This document shows positions 14,262 through 25,590 of a DNA stretch of 64,000 nt, piece by piece. Within the stretch, counting starts at the first letter, position 1. Each line of letters starts with the position of its first letter. The notes under the pieces are model-generated. The model had not been told where the DNA came from. It searched no databases and was given only the letters and a program-made list of their open reading frames with translations. This DNA is from Cenococcum geophilum. Its lineage: Eukaryota. A program made the translations under genes and the position numbers. The stretch covers positions 22,072,001 through 22,136,000 of the forward strand of contig CP158635.1 in the NCBI GenBank assembly GCA_050273025.1, read 5' to 3'.

Positions 14262-16710
14262 TTTTACAATTTTACAAAAGGCCTACCCTATTATAGAAGA
14301 TCTTCTATATAGAATCTATAGGATTTTGTTTATCCTAGGCTATTAGCCAAAGGTCTAGAGAGAAGCTCGAGGAGTTATTCTCCCTAAAGTAAATAAGGAG
14401 GACTATTCTTTACCAAAGGCCTATAGACCTATCTCCTTACTAAACTGCCTAGGAAAGACTCTAGAAAAGATCTTCGCTACTAGATTAGGATATCTAGCTA
14501 GTACTACTAGCTTACTTTAAGACTCTCAATTAGGAGGAAGAAGACAGCGGTCCGCAATAGACACAGTCCTACTACTTCTAAATAATATCCAATCTAAAAA
14601 GAATAGGAAAAAAGCTAGATAAAAAATAGCTACTACGTTGTTTCTAGACGTAAAAGGGGCCTTTAACCATATCTCTGCAAACCAGCTTCTATCTATCTGT
14701 AAGGAACTAGGACTACCTATAGCGTTTACACAATAGGTAGCCACTTTTCTTAGCAATAGAAAGCTACAGCTTTTCTTTAATGGGCAAATATAAGAAAAAG
14801 TAGAACTAGAAACAGGGATACCACAGGGATCGCCTATATCCCCTATTTTATTTCTACTATATATACGCAATATCTGCAGCATACAAATAGAAGGAGCCTA
14901 TTCTCTTAGCTATATAGACGATTTTGCAATTATAGTTACTTTAAATTCTGCTAAATCTAATTGCAAAAAGCTAGAGAGAATAGCGCTAGAGCTAATATCT
15001 AAAGCTAAAGAAGCTGCTATTAGTTTCGACGTTAGCAAAACAGAGCTTATACACTTCTATAGTAAACGTACCACTATAGAAGAAGGGTTAAAGCTAGGAG
15101 ACGTAGAAATATCCCCTAAACCCCTAGTTAGGTAGTTAGGGGTATTCCTAAACTCTAAGCTTACTTTTAAACAATATATAGAAATACAAATCTCTAAAGC
15201 AAAGGCAGCTTTTTATTTAATTAGAAGGCTAGGTAATATATAAAGAGGTCTATCTCTACAAGCCCTACAACAGCTCTATATAGCTTGCGTTACTACTATA
15301 GTAGACTATAAAGTATAATACTGGTAGAAAAGCAAATCTAGAGACCACCTACTAGATAGGTACCAATCTCTATAAAATAAGGCCCTAAGACTAGTTCTAG
15401 GAGCTTTTAGAGAATCTCCTAGCCAAGCTATAGAGATTGAAGCCTCTATTCCTCCTCCTAGAATTAGATTCAAAAAGCTTTACAATAACTACGCATTAAG
15501 AATCCTAAAATTTAGGGAAAACCACATAATAAAGAAGGTCTATATAGAAGAGATCAACAAAGATAGGGACGAATTAGCAGCTAGTTTTAGCTCTAGTTCT
15601 AGCCCAAAAAACTCTACTATAAAGTACCTCTTACAGCTAAAGACACAGCTACTATCTCTAGCCTCTAGAGTTCAGTAGCTAATTCAAAATTGGAAAATAG
15701 AGAGAATCTCTCTAGAATGGCAAAAACCGTGGTCTCCTCCTATTTATGCATCCTTTTCTATCTTGAAAGGTAGTAAGGAAGAAGCTGCACAAGAACATCT
15801 AAGACTAGTAGAAAATTTATAAGAATCCCTAGAGTGGGACCTAGTAGATATATACTATACAGATGGCTCTAAAGACAATAAATTAAATGTAGCTGCTGTA
15901 TATAAAATAGGGGAGAGAAATAGGATTAAATATGCAATAAACTAGAATCTAGAACCCTATATAGAAATTATAAACATAGAGATCTATACAGTTTATAGGG
16001 CCCTAGAATACCTAAAATAATAAAGACTAGAAGAGAAACAAGTCTATATCTTTATAGATAGCTAAGCGGCTATTAAGAGATTATAACTTAATTCTCTTAT
16101 AGGGGGGCAAGAACTAGTCTTTAAAATTACGCAAAGCTGTTCCTATCTAGCTAGTAAGGGAATCTCTATTAACTTCTACTGGGTTCCTAGCCATTTAGGA
16201 ATCTATGGAAACGAAATAGCAGATAAGCTAGCTAAAAAGGGCCTTTCTAGAAGAAAACTATAATCTTCTTATACCTCCCTAGCCTATATAGGGAGAGCAG
16301 CAAGAGAAAAGATACTAGAATAGTGGAAAAATAACTGGCAACAGAATAAGAATAAAGGAAAACACTATACTAGGATCTGTAAAGGAAGTCATTCCTTTTC
16401 TCTTAAAGCCCCTAAGGATAAATATCCTAAAAGGCTATTTTAAATCCTTCTTTAAAGTAGTAGGGGGGGAGGACGAAGATGGTAGATGCTTTAGGGAATG
16501 TAGAGCACTACAAACCTCTAGGCACCTACTACTAGACTGCAACCTATATAGAGAAGAAAGAAGAGAAATGCAAAAGAAACTAGGCTCTTCTCTCTCTCTA
16601 AAAAAGCTATTTTGTACATAAAAAGGAAGAGAGGCGCTTTTTCTATTCCTAAGTAGGACAGGAATAGCCACTAGAAAGTAGCTAATAACAGCAGGATCTA
16701 TAGAAGGAGG
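14262..16710 (+). pseudogene. LINE ORF2, 3' part (RT, RNase H, C-terminal Zn finger)
   Basis: KAYRPISLLNCLGKTLEK about 14415; GIPQGSPISP about 14815; SYIDD about 14908; YTDGSK about 15856; WVPSHLGIYGNEIAD about 16180; RHLLLDC about 16520. Confidence 0.92.
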
Positions 16711-17676
16711 TAACTCCTACTAGGCTCTTAGTAAAGAGATATTAGTAAGTAAAAGGATAGAAATAAATTACAAAAGGACAGGGATAGGCGTTAGGACTTC
16801 TTATTTCTTATAGTTTTCTACCACTTTCTTATTCCCTAGTAGTTGCTTATAACTTAGTATTTTACTAAGGAACTATAAACCCCTAGTTTAGGGGCTTATA
16901 AATTACTAGGACATAGTTACTAGTACATATTAAGCTGCCCTAAGGGATTCATATATATAGGACTATAGCGCCATAGCCTAGAGGCTGCATGCGCAGTATT
17001 ATACGTAGTATAATACAACGGATATAAAAAAATAAAAAAAAAGCTCCTAATAGCTCCTATTAGGGCTGTTAGGAGCTCTAAAAAACACTTACACTTAGTA
17101 TCCTACTAGGAGCCTTACCTTAGCAGGCTTAGACATGATTCCGTTAGTGCGGATTTTTAATCGGTCTGTAAGCTGACTAACTACATTTATATAAAACCAC
17201 CGGAATTGTTATGGACGCTTTAAGTACGATGTTACGACTATTTGGGGAAGAGTTGGAAGAAGCTAGTTGGTTAATATAGGCATGGACTAGGATGGAACCC
17301 GTGGAACTATGTGACGAGAAATGGTAAGCGAGTCACATGACGGTTGAACGTATTGGCTGTATTAAACGTAAGGGACGTCACGTTTAATACAGATAAGACG
17401 TATATTACGTACAAGAAGGATTTTATAGGAGTACGGTTATGTATTTAAGGACCCTTAGTCCCTACCTAGATAGTTCCTTCTTTATAGTGATTCTTAGAAT
17501 ATAATTAGAGTTAATCTATTGGGCAACTACTCCACTAGTTGTTATTACGTTGTTAACTTTTATACTTGCATTTCCTATATACCTAGCCTATTAACGAGCC
17601 TATCGTAGTTCTTGCTATAAGGTTCCGTTATATAATTACTACCCGGTTATGGTATTAATATAAGAAGTCGAATAAT

Positions 17677-20670
17677 ATGCCACTAAAAGCAGCCACTACG
17701 ACGCCATTGATGGTAGCAACTACTTTAGGGATAGGAGGTGATACTAGTATGGCGGATACTGACTTATAGCAACCTGTGACGGTCAGACAGCTATAGGAAA
17801 TAGTTAACTAGCTAATAGCTAATAATATAGTGTTGGAAGAAAGACTTAACGGGATAGGAGTAGTAAAGATTAAGCTATTATTAATTAAGAGATTTATAGG
17901 AGAGAGGTTAAAGCTTAAAGGATTCCTTATATAGATGCATTTTAAGGTCTTATAGGAGGGAGTAAAGTTACCTATATCTGTGGATCGGATAGCCTACGCA
18001 GGACTATTCTTATTAGGAAAAGCACTTAAGTAGTTTAAACCTTATCTTATAGAGATATAGGTAAACGGAATAATAACCACTAACTAAGACGTGCGATTTA
18101 TATTCTTAAGTTGGGAAGGATTTATAGAGTGATTTACACAGATGTTTAGAGACCTGGAAGAAATAACTATAGTAGAAAGAAAACTCCAGAACCTTATATA
18201 ACGAACTTTAGTAATTAAGTATATAATATAGTTCTAGATACTAGTAATATAAGTAGAGTGGAATAATAGGGCGCTTATAGTACAGTATAAATAGGGACTT
18301 AAGGCTAAAGTCTAGGACGCGATTATCCTAATAGAAGATGCGGATACCCTAAGGGAACTAATAGATTAGGTGATTAAAATTAATAATTGGATCTACTAAA
18401 GGGAATAGGCTAAGAAAGGCTAGGATAGAGTTCTATAGTTATATAAGGCGTAGAGTACGCAATAATAAAAGCTAAGTTAGAAACTATGGTATAACATAGA
18501 GCTAATGGACCTAAGTGGCACTAAAGAAGCCTATAAGAGATAGAGCAAACTATAGAAACCTAGAGGATAAGGATTAGGTGATTAAAGGTCTAAGGAGTAG
18601 AGGCCAAATTAGGGATCTTAATAGTAGAAGACATTTAGGCGGACTCTATAACAAGAGAAATGGTTTAAAAAAGGAGCTTACATAAATTACGGAAAATAGG
18701 GTTATTATATTAGAGACTATAGAAGTGGGCAGAGTTACTATATAGTAAAGGGTATAAGACTAGTAGACGATATACACGTATAAAGGGATAATAATGTGCT
18801 GTAAGGAACAAAAGAATGTTTAATTAAAAGTTTTGCGTTTTGTTATAATAACGTATACCAAATTTATAAGGACGCTAAGTACGGCGCAAGCTATTAGCTA
18901 TAAGAGCTAGCATTTATAGGATACAGAGGAACTAACAAACTAGTTTATAGATTAGATATTAAGGATAATAAATTTAATCTAGGCGAAATATTCCGTGATA
19001 ATAAGGCAATAAGGGCCGCTTACTAGGAGTAAGTAGACCTTAGAGATGTTATACTAGAGGTAGAGGATAATTCTATTATAGAATAAGGAATATTAGTAGG
19101 GATTAAAACCCCACTAGATACAATATCTATTGCTTTATAAGACGTAAGAGAAGTAGGATAGCAAACCACTTCGGCACTTAATAAAGGCAAAAGGCTAAAG
19201 GCTTAAGATTCTTATAGCGAGATAAGAGATAACTAAGATTCTTAAAACGAGATAAGGTAAGCTTAAGGACCTATAATAGACGATAACCGATAAAGCAGAG
19301 TAGTAGCTTAGTTTAAAGATATACGAATAAGCTTAGGATAAGAATTCCTAACGGCATAAGATTCTTAAGATAAAATAAGTAAGATCTAGGACTCTTAAGA
19401 CGAGATAAGGACACTAGTTAAGCCTAGTTGGACTAAGGTAGGAGCTAAGCTTAAGTTAGAAGCGAGCTTAGGATTAAAGAACCCAAGAGGTTAAGAATTT
19501 GGAGTACGAATTAGGATACCTATAGATAAGAGGTAAGGAGCTTCTTTATAGATTAGAGAATCTACAGCATAAATAGCAATTAGACTAGGAGATAAATATA
19601 TAAACCTAGAGGAATTACTAGTTGAATAAAGTGTTTAGACTAAAGATTAAAAAGTTAATACTAGGATTAAGAAGTAAGATAACTTTAAGGATTAGAGCGC
19701 AAGGCGTAAACTAAAAGAAACTATAAAAGAGTTTAGGCAAAGAATTATTATATGGTAAGAATAGAAACTAGATAAGAGATCTAGTATATTAGGACGTATA
19801 AAGAATAGAGTACTAGTATAAAGAATTACTAATAGGCTGAGAGCAGATATATTAAGAGCTAAGTGGCTTACCAAACTGGAATAAGAAGAGGATTTAGGGA
19901 TTCCTACTAGGTTTAAGGAACGACATATAAAAGGCTGTTACGATATAGTAATAAGAAGATACTTCCTTACGGATAGACTATATATACTCCAGTAGCTATA
20001 CCAAAAGTGGTATAGGCAAAGGCATAATGATAAGTGGGAAGATTTCTATATGTGGTTAGATGAAAAAGTTATTTAGGACCACCTGATTATAGAGAAGGCT
20101 ATGACGTATATTAAAGGAGCCTTAATTATAATATTAAAGGATCTAGAGGAACGTTTAGAGGACTAGAGAAGCGAGAGATGTATCTTAGTACCTATAAATA
20201 AAGTTATAACGTTTAGATTAGCATAATAAAGGTTTAAACTTAAGGATAAAGACAAGCTAAGAGTTAACCTAAAGCACCTAGTATACCACACGTTATTATG
20301 GATTGCGTGCGTGGATAATATATGCGAAATGCATAAGAATCCGAAGGAAAAGAATTGGAAATACTCTGTAAGGATGTACTGGATAATGGACGAGCAATAG
20401 TATAGGAATGCTAAATATATATATAGATAGCATCTAGCAGAGGTCTAAGAGGAAGGAAGTTTAGTACTTTAACTAGGAAGATTTCTTATGGAAGAATACT
20501 TAGATGGACGACAGTAGTGGGAATGCCTAGAAAACACGTGTCTATAATATATTAAAGATAAAAAGCGAACTAGGCATTGGCTAAAGAGTAAGCTAAGTAT
20601 ACTAGGATTAAGTAGCTAATAGTTAGGAAAAGTAGAGGCCTATGGGACCAGAGGGAGCTAGTAGTAGAGC
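17677..20670 (+). pseudogene. Gypsy B1 gag, unusually long (about 1000 codons)
   Basis: ATG at 17677; CCHC knuckle at 18679-18720; three further Cys/His/Trp motifs in the same frame at about 18841, 20299 and 20520. Confidence 0.8.
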
Positions 20671-23600
20671 CTTAGACCCTTAAAGGAATTTAAGGATAAT
20701 ACCTAAATTTATGAATTAATTAGTAAGATTAGTAGTTTAAAGCGCTAATAGATAGTGGAGTAATGCGAAACTATATTTTACTAGTAGTAGTTAAGAGAAT
20801 AGGACTACCTTATAGATAAAAGGAGTAATCTTACCTATTAGTTACGATTTTAGGAGATTTAATAACCTATAGAGGAGGGATTATTAATCTTAAAATAGGA
20901 CCTATTTGGATAACTATTAAAGGGAGATAAATTAAGATGTCTTTTAATATCCTACTATTAGGATGGGATAAGGTAGTATTAGGTATGCCTTAGTTACAGG
21001 AATATAATTTAAGGATTAATTGGATTATAGGTTAGGTTAATATTAGAGATACTTAATACTATAAGATGTGATAATAAGCTAAGTTGGTATAGTACTAAGT
21101 AGAAGCAACCTATAAAGAAATAGAAAAAGGACTAAGTTATATACTAAAGAGATACTATAAGTATAGTAAGAAACTATGGTCACTGGAAAGTAAAAAGCTA
21201 TTAGAATATATAATATAGGATTATAAAATAGAGTTAGAACTAGGAATAAGTCTAAAGTTCTTTCCAATCTATAAGCTTACTAAAGAAAAAGGTAGAGCGT
21301 TAAAAGAGTTTATTTAGGAAAATCTATAAAAGGGATATATTAGACTATTATAGTTATTAGTAGGTTATCTAGTACTATTCGTACTAAAGAAAAATGGTAA
21401 ACTAAGGCTGTGTATTAACTATAGATAGTTAAATAGTATTACTAGGAAGGATAGGTATCCTTTACCCTTAATTAGCGAAATCTAAGATAGGATAGGTAAT
21501 ATGTAAATCTTTATAAAGATAGATCTAAGATAGGCGTACCATTAGATTAGGATTAAGGAAGGCAACAAATAGAAGGCAGCCTTTAGGTTAAAGGAAGGAC
21601 TATATAAACTATTAGTTATACAATTTGGGCTTATAAATATACTAGTAACGTTCTAAAAGCGTATTAATAATATGTTAGGAGAACACTTGGATAAATTTAT
21701 TATAGTATATCTTAATAATATTATTATCTACTTAATAACTAAGGAAGAATACGGGGAATATGTTAAATGGGTTTTAAAGAGACTATAAGAAGAATAGATG
21801 CTAGTAGCAATTAAGAAATATAAGTTCTTTACTAGAAAGACTGATTTTGTTAGATTTATTATTAAACTAGGCTAACTTAGTATAGATCTAAAGAAGATTA
21901 AGGCTATAGTGAATTAGTAGGAACTAGAGAACGTTATATAGTTAAGATTATTCCTAGGGTTTTATAATTACTGTAGAAGGTTTATAGCGCAGTAGTTAAA
22001 GGACATTAAGCTATTTATGCGGTTAATAAAGAAAGAAGAACTATAGGTATGGGGAGAGGAGTAAAGAGAACTCTTTAAGAAAGTTAAAGAGTTATTTACC
22101 TAAGAGCCAGTTCTTAAGATCTATTAACTAGGGCTAGAGATAGTTATAGAAATAGATGCATTAGACTATATATTAGGGGCGTGCTTTATATAAAGATATT
22201 AAGATAAATAGCACCTAGTGGTATACTATAGTTGGAAGATAATATTACCGGAGTTAAACTATAACATCTATAATAAGGAGTTATTAGGTATAGTTATAGT
22301 ATTAAAGGAATAGAGAGTATTCTTATAAGGTATAGAGAAACTATTTATAGTTAAGATAGATTATAAGAACCTAATAGGATTCTTAATGACAAAGGAACTT
22401 AACTAAAGACAGGTTAGATAGGCAGAGATACTTATAAAATACCATTTTAAGATTTAGTATACTAAAGGTACAGATAATATAAGAGCAGACGCTTTAAGCC
22501 GCAAAGCTAAACTATAAAATGAGGAAAAGCCATTAGGGGCTTTATTGCGAAAAGATATAGATAGGCTAATTAGGTATAATTATCCAAAAATTGCAGTAAC
22601 TTAAGAAGATAATAAACTAAAGAAAGTCTATAAGATACCGAAAAGCTTTTGGGTATAAAGAATTTTAGAAGTATAGCTAGAAGATCTATAGACGGATATA
22701 TATAAAAATTGAGAAGTAAAGTATATCCTAAGAAGTATAGTAGAGCAGTTTGTAGAGGATTTCTATAAGGGATTAACTTAAGAACATAATAGAGCTACGG
22801 GCTTAGTGTTAAGACTTTAAGAAGAGTATATTATTGATGGAATCTAGAGGATAGCTAGAAAGGTTATAAAGGAATATTTAGATTGCTAAAGGAATAAACC
22901 GACGAGGTATAAGCTATATAGAGGGCTATAACTTATTAAAATACTAGAGAGACTATAGGAGGTTATATTATAGGACTTTATTATTAAGTTGCTAAAATTA
23001 AAAGATCCTATTACTGGACAAGATCATAACGCGATCTTAGTAATAGTAGATAAGCTTATAAAGTAGGGATACTTTATAGCATGTATAAAAGAAATCTTAG
23101 CAAAAGATATCACTAAAATCTATATTAAAGAAGTATTTATAAGATATAGAGTACTAAGCAAGATTATATCGGATAGAGATCTAAGATTTGTAGTAGTATT
23201 TTAGGAAGTGTTCTTAGCGGAGTAAGGAGTTTAAGCAGTAACTTCTACTATATATTATCTGCAGATAGACGGTTAAACGGAAAGGTTAAATTAGACGCTA
23301 GAATAGTATCTAAGGCATTATGTTAATTATATATAGAATAATTAGGTATTGCTATTACCAGTTATATAGTTCGTATATAATATAACACCTTAAGAAGGAA
23401 TAGGCATATTACTATTTAAGGTAAATTATGGATATAAGCTAAGAATATTATTGTTACTATAGTAAGTAAAGAAAACGAGTAGTATAGCTAAAGAAAGAAT
23501 AAAGACGTTAATAAATCTTTATGTAGACCTTATAAAATTAGCAAAGAAAGTATAAGAGAGAATAAAAAAGTACTATAATGCTAAGAGATCTAAGGGACTA

Positions 23601-24040
23601 GATCTTAAGGAGGGAGATAAAGTATGGCTACTATATAAAAATTTTAAGAGTTAACGACTAAGTAAGAAATTGGACTATGTTAGACTAGGACCTTTTAAAA
23701 TTACGTAGAGAATTTCACCGGTTATATTTAAGTTAAACCTACTAGCTAAAATAAAGATCTACCCTGTATAGTATATTGTAATGTTAGAGCTAGTATACGG
23801 AAATGTTAAGCTACTAGTTTATGAAGTAGACACGTATAGAGGATAGGAAGAAGACGAATAGCAAGTTTTAAAGATTGTTAGTTATAAGGATATTAACAAT
23901 GAAATATAGTACGAAGTTAAGTGGATAGGCTACACTAAGACTACCTAGGAGCTACTAGAGAATTTAAAGAACGCTATAGGAAAGGTATAGGAGTATTAGA
24001 AGAAATTAGGTTAGGCAGCATTAATAAAGAAGGATTATTA
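20620..24040 (+). pseudogene. Gypsy B1 pol (PR-RT-RH-IN-chromodomain), in the -1 frame relative to gag
   Basis: ALIDSG at 20742; LCI(D)YR(Q)LN about 21408; YL(DD)I about 21707; E(T)DA(S)D about 22150; integrase about 22780-23500; YEVKW.GY chromodomain about 23910. Confidence 0.92.
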
Positions 24041-24049
24041 AAGAATGAG

Positions 24050-24628
24050 TTACCTAAAGGGGACCTAAGAAGAGTAGTTGCCGAACTACTTAGATCTATT
24101 TCCTTCTCTATTAAAAGAGAATTTGTTCTTTTATTACCTAGTTCCTGAAGACCTTATTAAACAAGCTTCTACTCCTTTAAACGAACTTTCTTACGGATAC
24201 ATTCTAAACGCTAAAGACGAGCATAAGCTAGACGCTGAGCTTTAAGGACACGTGTAGACTTTTCTGAGGCACGCTGAACCTTAAGCAGCGTAGAGGCCAA
24301 TTTACTATTAAGCTTCGCAGCAGTAGATTAAATACGAGACCCTATGACAAATTACTTAGGGAACTTAAAGACTACTAAGAATAATAGGACGCGTATACTT
24401 AACATTGGACGTAGAACGAATGTTATATAACGAACGCATATTGGCGCGGGTACATTTAGAATAAGAGGAGGGTTGGTAACTAGAAGGACTTACAATCGCA
24501 ACGCAACTTAACCCCTCTTTTGCACAATAGGAGTAAGGGATTGCTATTACTTTACCTAGTAATAGTATTAAGGAAACGGTACGAAGGCAACGCTCAACCC
24601 AGGAAAGAGAAGAAATTGCTTTAGGTAT
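24050..24628 (-). pseudogene. Antisense accessory gene of Gypsy B1: Zn(II)2Cys6-like cluster plus coiled coil, one predicted intron (24342-24396)
   Basis: ORF-track peptide PYSYCAKEGLSC...SYSKCTRANMRSLY reads C-x2-C-x6-C-x13-C-x2-C-x8-C if RIP Tyr codons revert to Cys; it is conserved in copy B2. Confidence 0.65.
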
Positions 24629-25590
24629 AATGAGCAATAATATTAACTAAATTAATTAGATGGATATTATACCTCTAGTAAATAACCTAGAGATGCTAGG
24701 TATCTTTAAGGACAAAGATAGAGAGGAGGGAGATGGTGTTACGGACGCTTTAAGTACGATATTATGACTACTTAGGGAAGAGTTAGAAGAAGCTAGTTAG
24801 TTAATATAGGCACGGACTAGGATGGAACCCGTGGAACTATGTGACGAGAAATAGTAAGCGAGTCACATAACGGTTAAATGTATTAGCTGCGTTAAACGTA
24901 AGGGATGTTACGTTTAATATAGATAAGACGTATATTATATACAAGAAGGATTTTATAGGAGTATAGTTATGTATTTAAGGACCCTTAGTCCCTACTTAGA
25001 TAGTTCCTTCTTTGTAGTGATTCTTAGAATATAATTGGAGTTAATCTGTTGGGCAACCACTCCACCAGTTGTTATTACGTTGTTGACTTTTATACTTGCA
25101 TTTCCTACACACCTAGCCTATTAACGAGCCCATTGTAGTTCTTGCTACAAGGTTCCGTTATAGGAATTACGTCTAAGGGACTTTCCTAATGTTTATTACC
25201 CGCTTTAATAATATCCGCATTACAGAGGTTATAGATATTAAAATAACTTAATACTAGTATTTTATATTATTTCCCAAAGTTTATTAATTATGCACTAGAA
25301 CCTAGGCTTTTAGAATATATCATTTTTATTACTTAGGTATTTTCAGGTCCTGTACTTATTTTTATTTAAAAAAAAACGCGTTATTAAGGATTATTGGACT
25401 ATAGACCTCTATATAATTTTATTAAACGCAAGCTAATATATATAAAACCCATATAGATCTATAATAGGTACCTTAAGGCACCTACTACAGCTAAGTAGAT
25501 ATACAGTACCCGCGTTATACTGAATAATCTCCCTTTAAACCTTATTGCGTGCTAACTACTAAGTCACGGATATTTAAGCTAACCTACAGT

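Larger units (their letters stand above)
1609..17042 (+). mobile_element. Full-length Tad-like LINE (non-LTR retrotransposon), interrupted by Gypsy A
   Basis: ORF1 and ORF2 motifs are present, with an A-rich tail at about 17026-17042 and a TSD GCTCCTAATAGC at 1597-1608 and 17043-17054. Confidence 0.92.
17207..25162 (+). mobile_element. Full-length Ty3/Gypsy chromovirus, family B copy 1
   Basis: 426-bp LTRs at 17207-17632 and 24737-25162; TSD GGAAT (17202-17206, 25163-25167); polypurine tract before 24737. Confidence 0.95.

Noticed and set aside
14526..16671. Minus-strand ORFs of 118 and 78 aa
   Set aside because: They are antisense shadows of LINE ORF2.
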